Origin: a bacterium
Lineage (GTDB): Bacteria > Hinthialibacterota > Hinthialibacteria > Hinthialibacterales > Hinthialibacteraceae
Direction of reading: 5' to 3'
Assembly: GCA_963663405.2 (NCBI GenBank)
Contig: CAXXSM010000085.1
Span: forward strand, 1-47,481
DNA: 47,481 nucleotides
The notes under the pieces were generated by a model. The model had not been told where the DNA came from, ran no database searches, and saw only the letters and a program-made list of their open reading frames with translations. Below are positions 30,452 to 42,400 of this stretch, piece by piece. The translations under genes were made by a program, and so were the position numbers. Position 1 is the first letter of the stretch. Each line of letters begins with the position of its first letter.

Positions 30452-32800
30452 TTATTCGATCGTCTTTTTATCAATAACCTGCGCCAGGCTGTTATAGGCC
30501 GTAAGACGGCATATTTTTGAATCGAATTCCAATATAAGAAAAACCTCGATTTGATCGTTGCCGGTTATTCTCTGGGACGCGTTGGATGACAATCCTCCGT
30601 AATCGACCGATCCACCACTGCCCGCCGTGATGTAATGGATCCCTTTGATCGGCGCCAGCCGTTCGTATATGTGGTTGTGGCCTTGCAAGACGAGAGAGAC
30701 GTTATGTTTTTGGAAAAGGGATTCCAATTTTTGTCTGATTCCCATATTTAGGGGAGAGTCTCTGGCAGTAGAGTACAGTGGATGGTGCAGGGCAATGATT
30801 TTCCAGGCCGACTGGCTTTCTCCCATGACTTGTTCAAGCCAATTTATTTGATCGGGATCCGGTTCGGGCTTATCGCCGTAGAAAGAGTTTGAATCCAGGA
30901 AGAATACTTCCACCAATCCATCGCCGAATGTCTTTGTGTAATAACGCCGGTCTTGCATGTGGAAGAGTGGATAGGTGAGTTCAAATGATTGAAGACCGTA
31001 CATGTAGTCGTGATTGCCCAAGACGGCGTAAAAAGGAACGCCGGTTTTCAGCAAACTGGCGAATGGTTTCTCGAATTCTCTTCGCGCCACAGCGGTTGGA
31101 TTCCCGATATCCGCTTCTCCGCTGAAGAGATTGTCACCTAGCATGAGTATACCATCATCAAAGCTCTTCGCGCCGTAGACTAAACGCATTGCTGAGACGA
31201 CAGAGATATGACGGGATCTCCCTTTTCCCTTTCCTGTGTCACCCAAGACAGCTAGCCGGACGACGTGATGATCTTTCCGGGAAGGTTTGCACACAAAGAG
31301 ATGCCGGTCATAAGTGAGTTTGGTTTCTTGATATGAGATATCCGCCGTTTTGAGTAATGTCCGCAGTGTTTTAGCCCGTCTCTCTTTATCTAAAATAAAA
31401 ACATGGGCGTAATTTGAGGATTGCAATCCTTGAATTTCCTCTGTTATATGTTCTGGCAGGATATAGAACGGATACGGTCTCTCTTTGGTTGTTACGCGTT
31501 CCACGAGGGACTGATCATAGAAGCCCAGGCCTTCCAGATGATCTTTCACGGCGATGATTTCATAAGTCTCATTCGGCAGGTGGCTTTGAATCAAAGTATA
31601 TAGGGCGCGCATATCCCGTTCTGATGGAACACAATAAGCCATATACCATTTGAATCCCAAAAGAAAGATGATCCAAAACGTCAAATAACAGACTCCTCTT
31701 AGAGAGAAATGCAATTGGTTTCCTCTCCATGCGTTGTTTGAAGATTGGAAAAGACGAAGACGGGAAGCCGTTATTGCGAACGCGGGAAAAATAGGGAGCG
31801 CATAGAGTGGAAGTCTGGAACTGGCCAGACAGAGAACGAGAATGGAGATGGTGATCCAAAGCGTTAGAAGAAGATTGGCAGGAATGCTGAGGCGCTTTCT
31901 CCAAATAGCGCGGTCGAATAAATCTTTTCTATTCCGCCAAAGCGCAGGCCACCAGGCAAGGGACCAAGGGAGTGTTCCCCCAAGAATCACCGGCAGATAG
32001 ATAAAGATTTCGTATAGCTCCGTATTGCGGTCGTATTTTGCTGAAACGGTCCGCCCTACGACTTGATTATCCCAGAAATAGGCCAACGCGCCGGGGAATT
32101 CATTTGCAATATAAGCATACCAGCTGAGTCCAATCGCGCAAAAGAGGACAAAACCCGGGATTGCCCACCACGTGAGAAACCAGCGCAGCGCGCGCCTTTG
32201 AATGATAAGGTAAAAAAACATAACGCCGGAGGGAATCAAGGCGGCGGGCCCTTTCGTTAGAAAACCTAGACCGAAGGCCGCGCAGAGGAGTAATTTCCAG
32301 AATCCCACATGCCGCGCGTCTGGTTCGACGCTCTTCCAAAAGCAGAAAAAAGACGCGGTTGTCCACAAAGCGAGTGGAGTGTCGGGAGTGACGATATTGG
32401 CCGCTGTGAAAGGGAAAAGCATAGTGGCATAGATCACGCCCGCCAGCAATCCTTCGCGCTTCGAGTACATTGATTGCCCCAATAAGAAGACCAGTCCAGT
32501 GGTCAGTATGTAACAGAGCGCATGAAAGAGGCGCGCGCCCCATTCATTATGTCCCAGCAGCCACAATCCCGCCGCGGAGCCCCACAAGCTCAGTGGTGGT
32601 TTATCCAACCAAGGTTCATACTGGAGACGGGGCGTCAGATAATCTCCTGTGTCCACCATCGCTTGAGCAATACAGACATAGAAGCCCTCATCCGGTGAGT
32701 ATATGCCCCGCGAGCCTTGAAACGCGAAAGCCAACATGAATAAAGCAGAGATAATGATAAGTATTTCAGAATAGTTCTTCGTTTGAGTGGTCATATGCAT
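30452..32800 (-). CDS. ArnT/PMT-like membrane glycosyltransferase fused to C-terminal metallophosphoesterase
   Basis: N-part: PDEGFY, DKPPL, EWGARL, GFLTKGP, LPW, YALP with many TMs. C-part: GDTG, GDN, GNHD, HHP, GHNH calcineurin-like motifs. Confidence 0.9.
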   Translation of the reverse strand: MHMTTQTKNYSEILIIISALFMLAFAFQGSRGIYSPDEGFYVCIAQAMVDTGDYLTPRLQYEPWLDKPPLSLWGSAAGLWLLGHNEWGARLFHALCYILTTGLVFLLGQSMYSKREGLLAGVIYATMLFPFTAANIVTPDTPLALWTTASFFCFWKSVEPDARHVGFWKLLLCAAFGLGFLTKGPAALIPSGVMFFYLIIQRRALRWFLTWWAIPGFVLFCAIGLSWYAYIANEFPGALAYFWDNQVVGRTVSAKYDRNTELYEIFIYLPVILGGTLPWSLAWWPALWRNRKDLFDRAIWRKRLSIPANLLLTLWITISILVLCLASSRLPLYALPIFPAFAITASRLRLFQSSNNAWRGNQLHFSLRGVCYLTFWIIFLLGFKWYMAYCVPSERDMRALYTLIQSHLPNETYEIIAVKDHLEGLGFYDQSLVERVTTKERPYPFYILPEHITEEIQGLQSSNYAHVFILDKERRAKTLRTLLKTADISYQETKLTYDRHLFVCKPSRKDHHVVRLAVLGDTGKGKGRSRHISVVSAMRLVYGAKSFDDGILMLGDNLFSGEADIGNPTAVARREFEKPFASLLKTGVPFYAVLGNHDYMYGLQSFELTYPLFHMQDRRYYTKTFGDGLVEVFFLDSNSFYGDKPEPDPDQINWLEQVMGESQSAWKIIALHHPLYSTARDSPLNMGIRQKLESLFQKHNVSLVLQGHNHIYERLAPIKGIHYITAGSGGSVDYGGLSSNASQRITGNDQIEVFLILEFDSKICRLTAYNSLAQVIDKKTIE

Positions 32801-33013
32801 TAATCATTGTGGCAAATTTGATCTTATCGATACTGTTACTTTGTTGTATAGGAAGTGTATGCGCCGGGCATAAAAAGACAAGTCAATAATATAAATCGGT
32901 TGGGAATTCTGGTTGTTCAAAGGGTATTGAGACAATTGAACCAATTGATCTTTTTATCGTTAGGTCAGTTTAACCGTCTACTAATATGTGTGGATAGTGT
33001 ATAAATAGAAACG

Positions 33014-33373
33014 TTAAGTTTGAGAGAGCATGAAGAGAGGGACGACACCCAGCCAACTTAATGTTGTGGTGACAACCCAGTGGATAATGTAAAATACGAA
33101 CGCGTCGGATATGTTATTCAGCTGAAAGGCGAAGTAGATCAGTCCCCAATAGACAAGAAACGCAATAGGGATGGAGCCCAGCAGAAAATAGGACACGGCG
33201 TGGGCCGCGAGGGTTAGAACGACAATCATCAAAGCGGCCAATGCGTCGTCTTTTGGGCTAGCCGGATCTCCCTCCCATTCGGATTGGGTCTTGCCAAGAA
33301 TACGCGCTGTGAGAAAAAGTGAGTTCCAACAAAAAACGATGGATGATAGATAGGTAAGAACGGTTTCCCCCAT
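33014..33373 (-). CDS. Small hypothetical membrane protein
   Basis: About four hydrophobic segments. ATG at 33373 follows AGGGGG; the ORF track extends to 33427. Confidence 0.65.
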   Translation of the reverse strand: MGETVLTYLSSIVFCWNSLFLTARILGKTQSEWEGDPASPKDDALAALMIVVLTLAAHAVSYFLLGSIPIAFLVYWGLIYFAFQLNNISDAFVFYIIHWVVTTTLSWLGVVPLFMLSQT

Positions 33374-33445
33374 TTTTCCCCCTATTGATTTTATAATGGA
33401 ATGAAGGGCGTCCCTGAATGATGACACCCTTCGTCCCTTTTGTGT

Positions 33446-36400
33446 TTAGTACAGCGACCAATTCTCGACCGGTGTTTCACGTTCGCCTATGTTTACATCG
33501 ATTGTATAACTGTGCGCGCCGCTTGATGATAAGACGGTCAATTCTAAAGTATAGATCCCTTCCTGCAGTCCGAAGACGTTCCATACGCCAAGAGGGCCGT
33601 CTAGAACAGGCGCGCCGCTGGATGCGATCTCGGTCGTCACTTCCGGCTGAATGCCTGCGCCATAGGAAAGGTGATATGATTGAAATCCGGGCGCGTAGGC
33701 TGTGCCAGTTATTTCGATATCCTGGTTGATGTAATCACCGCGAATTGGATCGGCGATATACGCCATAGGCCAATCGCCGGAGAGCCGGTAGAACTCATCG
33801 GGGAAGAACGAATAGCCCGATGATGAACGGACGCGGATGAAGACTTTTCCGGAGTAATTCTCCGTCTCGATCGAGACGGTTTCATCCGTCGTTTCTCCAT
33901 TGTTGGAGCCGCCCATTCCATTGTGATCCGCATTATATATCTCGAGTCGATAATCGGTGGGGAGATGGCTGAGAAGTAGATCCATCTGACCGGGTCCGCT
34001 GAAAACTGTCCAGTAATAATCGTAATCACCGCCATGAGACAAGTAGGATTCCTCTACTTGCGTAGGCAGCAATGGCACGGCGGATTCCCAGTCATTGTCC
34101 GGTTCATGCCGGTCTACGCCCGGTGTGATCGTTACGAGCAGCGTGTATGGCTGAAGGATGTTGTGACCGGATGAGGAACGAACACGCACATAGTACTCAC
34201 TCGACTCAAGAACATCGGCGATGATCTGTTCGTCCTGCGTGCCGCTGTTGACGGAGGAGCCGATGCCGGAATGATCCCATTTAAAAAGTTCAAGCCTGTA
34301 GTCGGCGGCTAGATCGGTCAGATCCACTTGGATGCGTGAAAAGGCGTCCGCGTGGAAGATGTAGTAATCATAATCGCCGCTGGAAGAGATCGTGGCTTGG
34401 AGCGCTACTCCAGGCGTGATTGGTTTTGCTGAACGCCAATCATCGTTTGGCTCATATGGATCGATTTGTTCAGTGAAATCAACGGTCAATGTGTAGCGTC
34501 CAGTTGGTCCGGCGGGTGTTCCTGATTGATTGCGAATCCGGATATACCATAAGCCCGGCGCTGTGATATCCGCCACCGCGTGTTCATCGAAATTCAAATT
34601 ATTCGCGGAACCAGTAATCCCCGTGCGCCAGGGACTGTAGATATCGAGGCGGTAATCGGAATTTTCAGGAATGTCCGTCAGGTCCGCTGTGAGTTGTCCA
34701 TAGGTTGGAATCTGCAGGGCGTACCAATCTTCATCCGATCCATCGGCGATGGAGCCTTTAATCGTGCTTGGATAGGAAATACCCATCGCTTCCTGATACC
34801 AGCCATTTGGTTCCATTGGATCGGTTTCCAAATTGGCGCCGGCGTTGTCCACTTGGATTGTCACACGTGTTTCATTCACACGCCCTGCGGCTTGGACTGT
34901 TAGGCGCAGCGTGTATACGCCATCGCTTAAAACTGTCGTGTCCCAGGCGCCGATTTCACCCCTAAACGCGGGCGCCGCATTGGGCAGCGCGGTCCAGGAC
35001 GTGGGCTGAGATCCGGAACCGTATTCTAATGTAACCGCATCGACGCCATTGGGAGACGCGGCGATGCCCTGAATGCTGAGAACGCCGTTGACGACACTGT
35101 CATCATAGAGTGAGAAGATACCGGAAAGCGGATCGGTGGAGGGGAATGTTCCCGTCAATGTATAGAGCTGCGCCGCGTTCCATTCTCCACCGATTACGAG
35201 GTAGTAGTAGCCTGGTCCCAGCGTGTTGACGAGGCGTTCGCTGGTTGTGTTGTTATTGTCGTATCCCATGATCCAATTCATATTGGTACCATAAAGATTC
35301 AGGTTGAGATTGAGATTCAGATTTGTCAGATCCAATCTTGTTAGGCCTTCTTCGGGGAGATAGAAGGTGAACACATCGTTGTCATCGCTGAAATCACGCG
35401 CGCCTTGGAGGGGGATACCAGAATAGAGCGGTGTGGCGTTTTTCCACCATTCGTCGTTCGGTTCCCACGGATCGGCGCCTTCGAAATAATCGGCGAGGAG
35501 GGTATAGGGCTGTGTTGGATCGGATTCTCCACTAGAACTGACGATGGCGTATATTCGTTCATTCAAGCCGGGATCGATGATGATTCGTTCGGGATTCAAT
35601 CCAGCGTTATCAGAACTGGTGATCCAATTGAGATTGCCATTATAGATGTTAATCCGGTAATTGGCTGGGAGATCGGAGAGTGTGAAGACGATCCTGCCGG
35701 GCCGTATTGCGTTGACATAATAGATATCGCTGTCGTTATACCAGCCGATATAGTCTTGGACGGGAACGCCGGGCGTCAATTCACGCGCTTCCTCCCATCG
35801 GCCGTCTGGTTCGGCGGTGTCTGTCGAGGGTGTCCATTCCACGCGCAGCCAGTAGAAGTCAATCGCTTCATACCCGCCCGAACTATTAACGATGGCATAA
35901 TAGCGAGCGGGATAAGAGGGGGTTAATGTGATCATTTCATCCCGCCAGCCCTGATTGTCGGAGCCGGTGATCCAACCCAGATTGCCATTATAGATATTCA
36001 TGTTGGCGTTGAATCTAAGATCGGTTAGATGAAAAACGAGTTTGCCCGGCCCCGGCGTATCGACGTAGTAAACGTCCTGATCCCCTTCAGGGAAGAGCGC
36101 GAGGGCGTTGGAATTCGGGAAGAGCGGGTACGCGTCGTTCCATGTGTTGTTCGGTTCGTACCGGTCGACCGGTGTTGTGTCGAGGACGGTGGTATTGATT
36201 GTGAGTGATCTCGTTTCGGTTTCCGTCTGGACCTCTAAAATCAGATAGTACGGTCTGGATTCAACGGCGCTTGTATCCCACCTGCCCAGTTCTCCACGCG
36301 CTACCGGTCGATTGCCGGTTGTGATAACAGTTTTCGCGTCTGGGTCCGCCATCGGCGCGTAGGAAAGGGTGTAACTCTGAAATCCATCGCCTACCGCCGT

Positions 36401-39400
36401 GCCGGTAATCGAGATCCCTCCACTGATCGATTGACCGGTTCTGGGATAGATGAAATCCAAGAAAAGGTCATGTGGCATGAACGAGGTAGTGAGACGATAT
36501 GGTTCATGCACGTCGTATCCATCAGAGGATCGAACGCGGATGAATACCGTGCCCCCGTAAGAGACGATTGAGTAGACTTCTTCGTCCCATACGTCTGAAT
36601 TGTTGGAACTCCCCATTCCATTATGATTGTAATCGAAGACTTCTAATCGATAATTCTGCGGCAGGTCGTAGAGATGAACATAAAGTTCACCCGGATAGGG
36701 TGTTGTAAGGCGGTAGTAGTCGTAATCGCCGCTGGTGGAGATATACGATTCGACTGTTTCACCGATATCGATGGGTGTAGCGTTGGCCCAGTCATTGTTC
36801 GGTTCGTTTGTCTCAAATCCAGGACGCCAATCGGCGCGCAACGTGTAAGGTTCCACCGGAGAGGCGCCGCCGGAACTTTCACGGACGCGGATGTAATAAA
36901 TCCCCGGCGCGGGCACATTCACGATCGTTCTTTCATCAAGTTGACCGGAATTGTTAGAGCCGCCCACTCCATTGTGAGAGAAATCGAACACTTCCACCCG
37001 GTAATCCCGTGGCAGATCGGTCAGTGTCACATCAAGCGTCCCTGGTTCGAATAATTCTACTGTGTAGTAATCGTAATCCCCGCTATAAGTCATAAAAGCT
37101 TGGATGTCGGTATCGAGAGGAATCGGGCTGGCGTGAGCCCAGTCGTTGTTGTTTTCGTATACATCTTCGGCGGGTTCGAATACGATGGTGATGGTGTAAG
37201 GAGCGTCTACACCCGCCGCGTTCCCGCTCTGATTTCGAACAAAAGCGTAATATGTTCCCGGTTCTGTAACGGCCGCGTAGACATATTCATCGAACGTGTG
37301 ATTGTTCGCCGATCCGCCGATGTTTTGCTGGTAAAGGTTATAGAGATCCAACCGGTAATCGGAGGGGAGACCGGTCAACTGTGCCCGCAGCGCGCCCATC
37401 CCCCGGATATCGAACCGATAATAATCCCCGTCGGAGTTATCGCCTATGAACGATTGATTGTGATAAAAAAGTAAAATGGGCGTGGCGGTTAACCAGCTAT
37501 AGTTTGGTTCATATGTGTCCGCGCCGGTTGCGAGGGCGTTGTCGAGAGTGACAGTAGTGGTCGCCTCTGTCACTTCTCCACCGGTTCCCATTGTCCGCAG
37601 GCGGAAGGTGTAAACGCCGTCCGGCACAGGATTCGTTCCCAATACGCCAAGGACATCATCCACGACCGGTTGAGTTAGAGAATTGATCTGCGTCCATGAA
37701 ATGGGCGCTGTACCGGCTCCATACTCAAGAATCGCGCTTGCGAAATTCGTACCCGACGCGGCGCCATGCACGACAATCGAGCCATTGACGGTGGAACTGT
37801 TTGGAGGCGCGGTGATCATGGCGATTGGCTGTTGACCGGGGTATGTGACGCGAATTGTGTATGGACTCGTGAAATCGTAGTTATCGCTGTCCACGGCGAG
37901 ATAGTAAACGCCGGGATCGAGTGTGCGGACAATGAGTTCATCTTCCGTTCCGCCATTCCACGAACCAGTCAACCACGAGAAATTATTGTCATATAGCGAG
38001 AGGCCGAAATCACCGGGCAGGTCTGTTAACGTAGCCCGTATTTCACCTGCGGCGGGCATTTGGAAGATGTAGAAATCAGCGTCGGATTTAGAAGAGAGAT
38101 ACGATTGCAGAGCCGCGCCGGATTGAATGGGGGTGGCGTGCTCGAAGGTGTTGTTTGGTTCAAATGTGTCGTGTCCTTCGATGAATCCAATTGTAAGATT
38201 GTAAGGTTTTAACGCGCTGAATTCGCTTCCAGCGGATGAAACGATCACATAGTACCGGCCCGCTTCGCTGATATCCCAATTGATACGTTCGGTAAGGTTT
38301 CCGCTGTTATCAGATCCTGTCAGCCAATTCAGGTTTCCATCGTATAAATTGATCCTGAAATTACCGGGCAGGGAAGAGAGCGTGATTCGCATGCCACCGA
38401 ACGATGGCGCGTCAAAGGCGAAGATATCCTCATCACCGGGGTAACTGAGATTGGAGAGGATCGGTGTATTCGCGGGCACGGATGGGGCGGTTGGCCAACT
38501 GTTGTTTGGTTCGTGTGTGTCGTTTCCTTGGCTCCATGCGGCTTCGATCGTATACGACGCGAATGGATTGGGAGTCCCGCGTGAAGAAGCGGCGATCGCG
38601 TAGATGATTTGCGCTTGGCCGCTGTTAATGATCACGGATTCTTCCGTGAGATCGAGATTGTCCGAACCGGCCCACCAATTGAGATTTGCGTTATACACGT
38701 TGACTCTATAATCCGCAGGCAGTCCTGTCAGCCGGACATCACACACACCCGGGCCGGGGAGAACGATCCGGTAGATATCCTGATCGTTATCCGGATTGAT
38801 GTAGGCCTGCAACGGTTGGTTGAGGGGAAGCGGCGTGGTTGGCTCCCAGCCGTTGTTCGGCTCGTATGGATCATCCGGTGGCTCTGTGACAAGAGTTACG
38901 TTCACTTCGTCTACTGCGCTTTCTCCCGTGCCGGTGAGCACTGTCAGACGAATCACGTAGGCGCCCGCCGCAAAGCCAGTTGTGTCCCAGACTGCCAACT
39001 GATTGCGATTGACCGGTTCGGTTTGCGCATCTCCAATGGGCGTCCATGCGTCGGGTTGGTTCGCGGGCCGGACGTCTATGTTATAACTCGCGAACGCGTC
39101 CGCGAGGGCGGTTCCGTAGATACGGATTGAGCCCCCAACCGTGCTGTTATTGCGTGGACTGTCAATATTCGCGGCCAGCGCGAAGGAGACGTAGGAAAGA
39201 GTTAATGTATACGGCGCGCGCATGTCGTAAGAGCCGTCTGATGAACGGACGCGCACGAAAATCGTTCCTTTAGCGATTTCCGCCGTGACGGTTTCATCGG
39301 CGGCGCCGGAATTGTTTGACGAACCTTTTCCATTGAGGTTGCCGTCGAATAATTCCAACCTGTAATTGCTGGGAAGATTGGTCAGGGACGCTGTCAAACT

Positions 39401-42400
39401 ACCGTTTTCTGGAATGAGGATTTTCCAGTAATCTTGATCGCCCGAACTGGAGAGATACGATTCCGTGGTGGAGTTTGGTTCGATCTCTATTGAATGCCAC
39501 CAGTCATTGTTTGGTTCATCCGTGTCGGAACCTGGAGTAAATTCAGTTATTAACGTGTAAGGTTCCGCCGTTCCAGTTGGGCCGCCGGAATTACGGATCC
39601 GGATGTAAAAATCAGCCGCCTCTTGTGTGTCAAAAATTACTTGTTCATCGTTGACGCCGTTATTGTTGGAACCACCCCGGCCATTATGCGCAAAATCGTA
39701 TATTTCAAGAATATAATTTCCGGGCGGGTTGGTGAGGGTGACATCCACAGTCCCTCGTCCAGGCGTGGAAATTAGGAAGTAATCGTAATCCCCGTCGTAT
39801 TTGAGATAAGATTGGATCGTTTCGCCGATAGTAATCGGTTGCGCCGCCGCCCAGTCGTCATTGGATTCGTAATTGTCGTTTGGCGCCGCCGCTGAGATGT
39901 AGACGCTGCGGAAGATCTCAACGGGATTGAGCGACGCGCTGGTCACCAGCAGGCGAAATAGATATTGACCGTCAGCTAAACCAGAAACGTCCCACGTTCC
40001 AAGCGGGCCTTCGGCGCCGGGATCTCCACTGCTGGAGATGAAGGTCCATTCCTGTGGATTGGAACCGGGTCCATACGCCAGTTCATACGCGGCGAAATCA
40101 CTGCCTTTCGCTGTGCCTAGAATGGTCACAGCGCCGGTGATTGATTCTGCATGACGGGGATAATCGATCGCGGCGGAGATGGGATTCGGGCTGAGATTCG
40201 CTGTTATCACATAGGGTTCATCAAGACTGTAGTCATCACTATCCACAATCGCGTAATAGACGCCGAGGCGTGAGATGTTGATCACCGCTGATTCATTGCG
40301 GCGTTCAATTCGGTCAGAACCTGTCAACCAACTCAGGTTTTCATTATAGAGATTGATCCGCCCATTGAACGGCTGGTTGGTTAATGTGACTTCTAGGCTT
40401 CCGAATTCGGTTACGGGAATTTTGAATATATCGTAGTCATTGACATGATGAAGGTAGGACTCAATTGGCGTTCCGAGGGGCAACGCAACCGCGTCTTCCC
40501 ACGCTTCGTTGGGTTCACCATTGTCTGTTGAGGGGGTGAATTCCGCTAGGAAAGTGTAGGGTGTGTACGCGTTAAAATCACCGCTGTTCGCGTTCACCAT
40601 GACGAAATATTCGCCGCCTTCCTGGGTGATATATTCGATTACCTCATCACGCATCTCTGGCAAGTCTGATGTAGTGATCCAACTCCGGTTCGGATCGTAG
40701 AGATTCATCCTGTAGTTGCCCGGCAGGTTCAGCAGGCTGACCGTCAGCCTGCCCCGCGCGGGCACATTCACGCTGAATACGTCTGTGTCGTTGTAGGATG
40801 AGATATAGGTGTCAATGGGAGCGCTGAGAGGCGCGGGAATGGCTTGATTATAAGAATCATTCGGTTCCAATACGTCTTCGGGCGGTTCGGATACAACCTG
40901 GACGGTGCGAAGCGTGTTGTCTGAACGACCGATTTCGTCGGTTGCGGTAAGACGGATTGTATAGATACCCTGCGTTAACGTTGTGGTGTCCCATGTGGCT
41001 AAGGTTTCGTGTACACGTTGGTAGATTGATGGATCGCCGATAGGCGTCCATACGCTGGGCGACTCCCCGGCGCCGTATTCCAACGTGTACTGACTGAAGG
41101 GAAGATTCGTCGCGGCGATACCGCGAATGGGCACAATTCCGCCCACGGTCGCGTCTTCACGTGGGTATGTAATGCGTGTGACGACAGCGTAGACTTCCAC
41201 ATCAATATTCAATGTATAGGGATTTTCCATGTCGAACTGGCTGCCGGCGGGCCGTACCCGGATGTAGATCGTTCCATCTTCGAACACATCGGTTTCAACT
41301 AATTCGTCAATGGCGTTGGGATGATTGGAGCCTCCGATACCGTCGAGATTGTCGTTGAACACTTCGAGGCGGTAGTCCTCGGGTTGACCGGTCAAGGAGA
41401 CGGTTACGTGGGCTAGATCGGTTAGATCAAACTGATAGATATCGTAATCCCCCGGTCCGGATAGATAGCCTTCCACTGGGGCGCCTGGCGTGATTGGCGC
41501 GGCGTGTTCCCAATCATTATTGGGCTCTGAGAGTTCAGAATTCCCCCGGTCGAAAGTGACGGTTAGATTATAGGGTTGATTGAAGCCGCTTGAACCGCGT
41601 GAATTGCGGACACGGATGTAATAGATTCCCGCTTCATAAATGGGAGCTTGGACGACTTCGTCTTCTGTACCCGTGTCATCCGCGCCGCCTATCGTATTAT
41701 GAGTAGGGCCGAACACTTCCAATTTATAATCAGCGGGTTGATTTGAGAGAACCGCCGTCAGCATACCATAATTGACAGTAGCGGAAGGGATTTCGACGGT
41801 GAAATAGTCGTCATCGCCCCCAGACTGAATATAACTTTGAATGGTATCGCCCAGCGCGATGGGGGACGCCGCCGTCCAGTCGTAGTTCGGCTCATACGTG
41901 TCAGGGCCTACCGTTGAATTAACGTAGACCGTGATGGTTTGGACCGCTGTATCTCCCGCGCTGTTTTGCGTTGTTAACCGAAGGGTGTAGGGGCCATCAG
42001 CGAGACCTGTTACGTCCCAAGCGCCTAAGGAGCCGTTCGTGACAGGGGTATTCGAACTAGAGATAGTCGTCCAGGCGTCCGGCGCCGTTCCTCCTCCAAA
42101 TTCGAGTTGGTAGGACGCGAAATCCTGACCAAGCGCTGAGCCGTTTGTTTCAATTACACCATTTGTGTGTTGGTTATGGTGGGGGTACGCCAGCTGCGCT
42201 GTCAGAGGCTCCGGTGTGAAATTCACTGTCAACGTGTAGGGCGCGGCGTCGGTGAATTCGTTGCCTCCAACAATGATGTAAACAGGTTCGATCCGGGTCC
42301 AATCGCGGATGATCGCCTCATCGGTCGTTCCGTTGTTGTCGGAATTGGTGACCCAGCTGAAATTTCCATTGTATAACGAGATCCAATAGTTTTTTGGAAG

